DNA of 64,000 nt, from assembly GCA_013289765.1 (NCBI GenBank), contig JABCZI010000014.1:14415-78414 (forward strand), written 5' to 3'. The notes below the pieces were generated by a model. It searched no databases. It saw only the letters and a program-made list of their open reading frames with translations, and was not told the origin of the DNA. Shown here piece after piece: positions 62,546-64,000 of this stretch. The first letter of the stretch is position 1, and each line of letters begins with the position of its first letter. This DNA is from Acidobacteriota bacterium. GTDB taxonomy: Bacteria > Acidobacteriota > Terriglobia > Terriglobales > Acidobacteriaceae. Position numbers and translations under genes: made by a program.

Positions 62546-64000
62546 CTACCGTTTCTCTCTGTAATCAATGACTGTACGAATTTCTGCGCCGAATTTTTCT
62601 TGCAGCCGCCGGACTACCGAATCCTGCTCCGCCCGGCTACGGCCGCCCTGTCCCGAAGCTGCATTGGTGGCCCCGTTGCGCTTTGCCGTTGTTGATGTCA
62701 CAGCTGCACCGGCAACAATCCTCAATTTGACGGCACGTCCCAGAACCCCGCTCGCCGAGGCAATCGCTAATCGCCGGGCGTCAGCACTCAGCGACATATC
62801 GATTACGGTCTGCGACTCTGAAACTCTGATCACGAGTTCATTTCCTTCCACCGACCAGTCGCCCGCTTCCAACATCGAGACCAGGATGCGTTGATTGCCG
62901 TCCGCAAGCGCTTGCAGCACGGCGGCCTGCAGCCTCTCAACGGGCGCTGTGAATGCAGGGGACGTAGCCGTTGCTGGCGCCGTTTGCGGTGCCGCCAAAC
63001 CTTGCGCGTCAGCCTGCCGCTCTGGTCTCGAAGCTAACTGAAGTTCCGTGTTCCTTTCTCCGAGAGCGGGCGCGGCAGAGCCCATAATCACGCGTGCTGG
63101 CGTGCTTCCGCCGGCCACGATGCGAGATCCTGCCGAAACTGAATCCGCCGCTGACTCCTGCCGCGGACTGCCCTTGCGCGCCGAATCCGCCGCAAACGGA
63201 GAAACCTGATTCGGACGAGCGGGCCCGATTGCCTCAGTGCGCCGCACTTCGCCCGCGACACTTGGCGCTGTGGCAACAATCGAGGGCCGCGCAAATGGTT
63301 TCGGAGCATTCCCGGCGCTGCTCCCGATGCTCGAAGAACCAGCAACCTCGCTGAGTAGTTGTTCGATCGGAAGTAACCGTTGGGCGTGCGCCATCTTTAG
63401 CAAACCCAGCTCCAAATGAAAGCGCTGTTCCTGCTTGTAACCCAAGTCCCCATGCGTGCGCAGCATGATCTGTAAATGCCGCGTCAGGTCTTCTTCTCCA
63501 AAAAGATCAGCGACGCGCTCCACGCGCTCGCGCTCGTCGCTTGATATCTGCAGCAACGTAGAGTCCTTGCCTGCGATCTTGGCCACAGTAGCGTTCCGCA
63601 GGAATCGCACCATTTGCCGCGCGAAATGTGTTGGGCTGTGCCCTTCGCTGATGAGATGGTCGACTTGCCGCAGCACTTCGTCACTCGTGCCTCGCGCCAC
63701 CGCCTGCATCACTTCCTCAAGAATGTGAGCGGGCGCCGCGCCGACAAGACTCCGCACCGAATCCGCCGTGACCTTTCCTGTGGCCGATGCAATAGCTTGA
63801 TCGAGAATCGATAGCGCATCGCGCATGGAACCGTCGCCGGCTTCAGCCAACAAGGCGAGAGCGTCGTCGTCCGCTTCAAGGCTTTCGCGACTGACGAGGT
63901 CGCGCAGTTGGGCGACGATGGCGTCAAACTTTACGGCGCGAAAACTGAAATGCTGACAACGTGAGCGAATGGTCTGCGGAATGTCTTCCGGCTGCGTTGT
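62546..64000 (-). CDS. dnaX: DNA polymerase III subunit gamma/tau, N-terminus beyond window end
   Basis: The frame stays open from 63853 to position 64000 (TTQPEDIPQTIRSRCQHFSFRAVKF...LLAEAGDGSMRDALSILDQ), giving the sensor-1/box VII motifs. Ala/Pro/Ser-rich linker and a C-terminal tau-like domain. Confidence 0.93.
   Translation of the reverse strand, partial: TTQPEDIPQTIRSRCQHFSFRAVKFDAIVAQLRDLVSRESLEADDDALALLAEAGDGSMRDALSILDQAIASATGKVTADSVRSLVGAAPAHILEEVMQAVARGTSDEVLRQVDHLISEGHSPTHFARQMVRFLRNATVAKIAGKDSTLLQISSDERERVERVADLFGEEDLTRHLQIMLRTHGDLGYKQEQRFHLELGLLKMAHAQRLLPIEQLLSEVAGSSSIGSSAGNAPKPFARPSIVATAPSVAGEVRRTEAIGPARPNQVSPFAADSARKGSPRQESAADSVSAGSRIVAGGSTPARVIMGSAAPALGERNTELQLASRPERQADAQGLAAPQTAPATATSPAFTAPVERLQAAVLQALADGNQRILVSMLEAGDWSVEGNELVIRVSESQTVIDMSLSADARRLAIASASGVLGRAVKLRIVAGAAVTSTTAKRNGATNAASGQGGRSRAEQDSVVRRLQEKFGAEIRTVIDYREKR

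Noticed and set aside
62546-64000. Programmed frameshift or slippage site in dnaX (A AAA AAG-type heptamer)
   Set aside because: The only homopolymer-like tracts I saw are CTTTTTG (coding ADLFGEE, about 63491..63510) and GAAAAATTC at the extreme C-terminus. Neither is a known slippery heptamer with a downstream structure. Other mechanisms cannot be excluded without the 5' part of the gene.

Overview
Moderately GC-rich chromosomal segment that reads like a core, non-mobile region of an Acidobacteriota-type soil bacterium. That placement is an inference from a giant CarboxypepD_reg-type TonB-dependent receptor, a PEP-CTERM protein, a single-cytochrome-b SdhCAB, and many secreted hypothetical proteins. 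About 55 protein genes are supported. I saw no rRNA, tRNA, CRISPR array, integrase or transposase. Gene order: RND efflux operon (permease cut by the window start, adaptor, OMF); ammonium transporter, small membrane protein and coiled-coil porin; a 3-gene TPR/beta-barrel, HEAT-repeat and processive GT2 operon; a dispersed arginine-to-polyamine gene set (aguA, aguB, deoxyhypusine-synthase-like, pyruvoyl arginine decarboxylase) mixed with OsmC, ACT, DUF2934 and cupin genes; a barrel-less POTRA protein and small secreted proteins; icd and mdh; a frameshifted vapBC-like toxin-antitoxin pair; phosphoesterase, two cyclophilins, an M19 dipeptidase and a P-loop kinase; sdhC-sdhA-(small ORF)-sdhB; rdgB; a GT-C-like membrane protein; a REC-PilZ regulator; a PEP-CTERM protein with a near-consensus sigma-54 promoter; GGT; a Tat-signal PrpD-family protein; an amino-acid island (D-TA-family PLP enzyme, GNAT, two LysR regulators, OCD-like reductase overlapping a fold-II PLP dehydratase, DAACS symporter); a TonB-dependent receptor; a CHAD-HD protein; an MmcB-like nuclease; and recR-ybaB-dnaX (dnaX cut by the window end). 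The best candidates for something undescribed are four. (1) The TPR-porin/HEAT/GT2 synthase-dependent exopolysaccharide-like operon. (2) A beta-hydroxyaspartate-cycle-like enzyme trio under LysR control. (3) A 147-nt in-frame GC-rich palindromic insertion inside aguA. (4) The barrel-less five-POTRA protein. All family calls come from reading motifs by eye; no database search was run.
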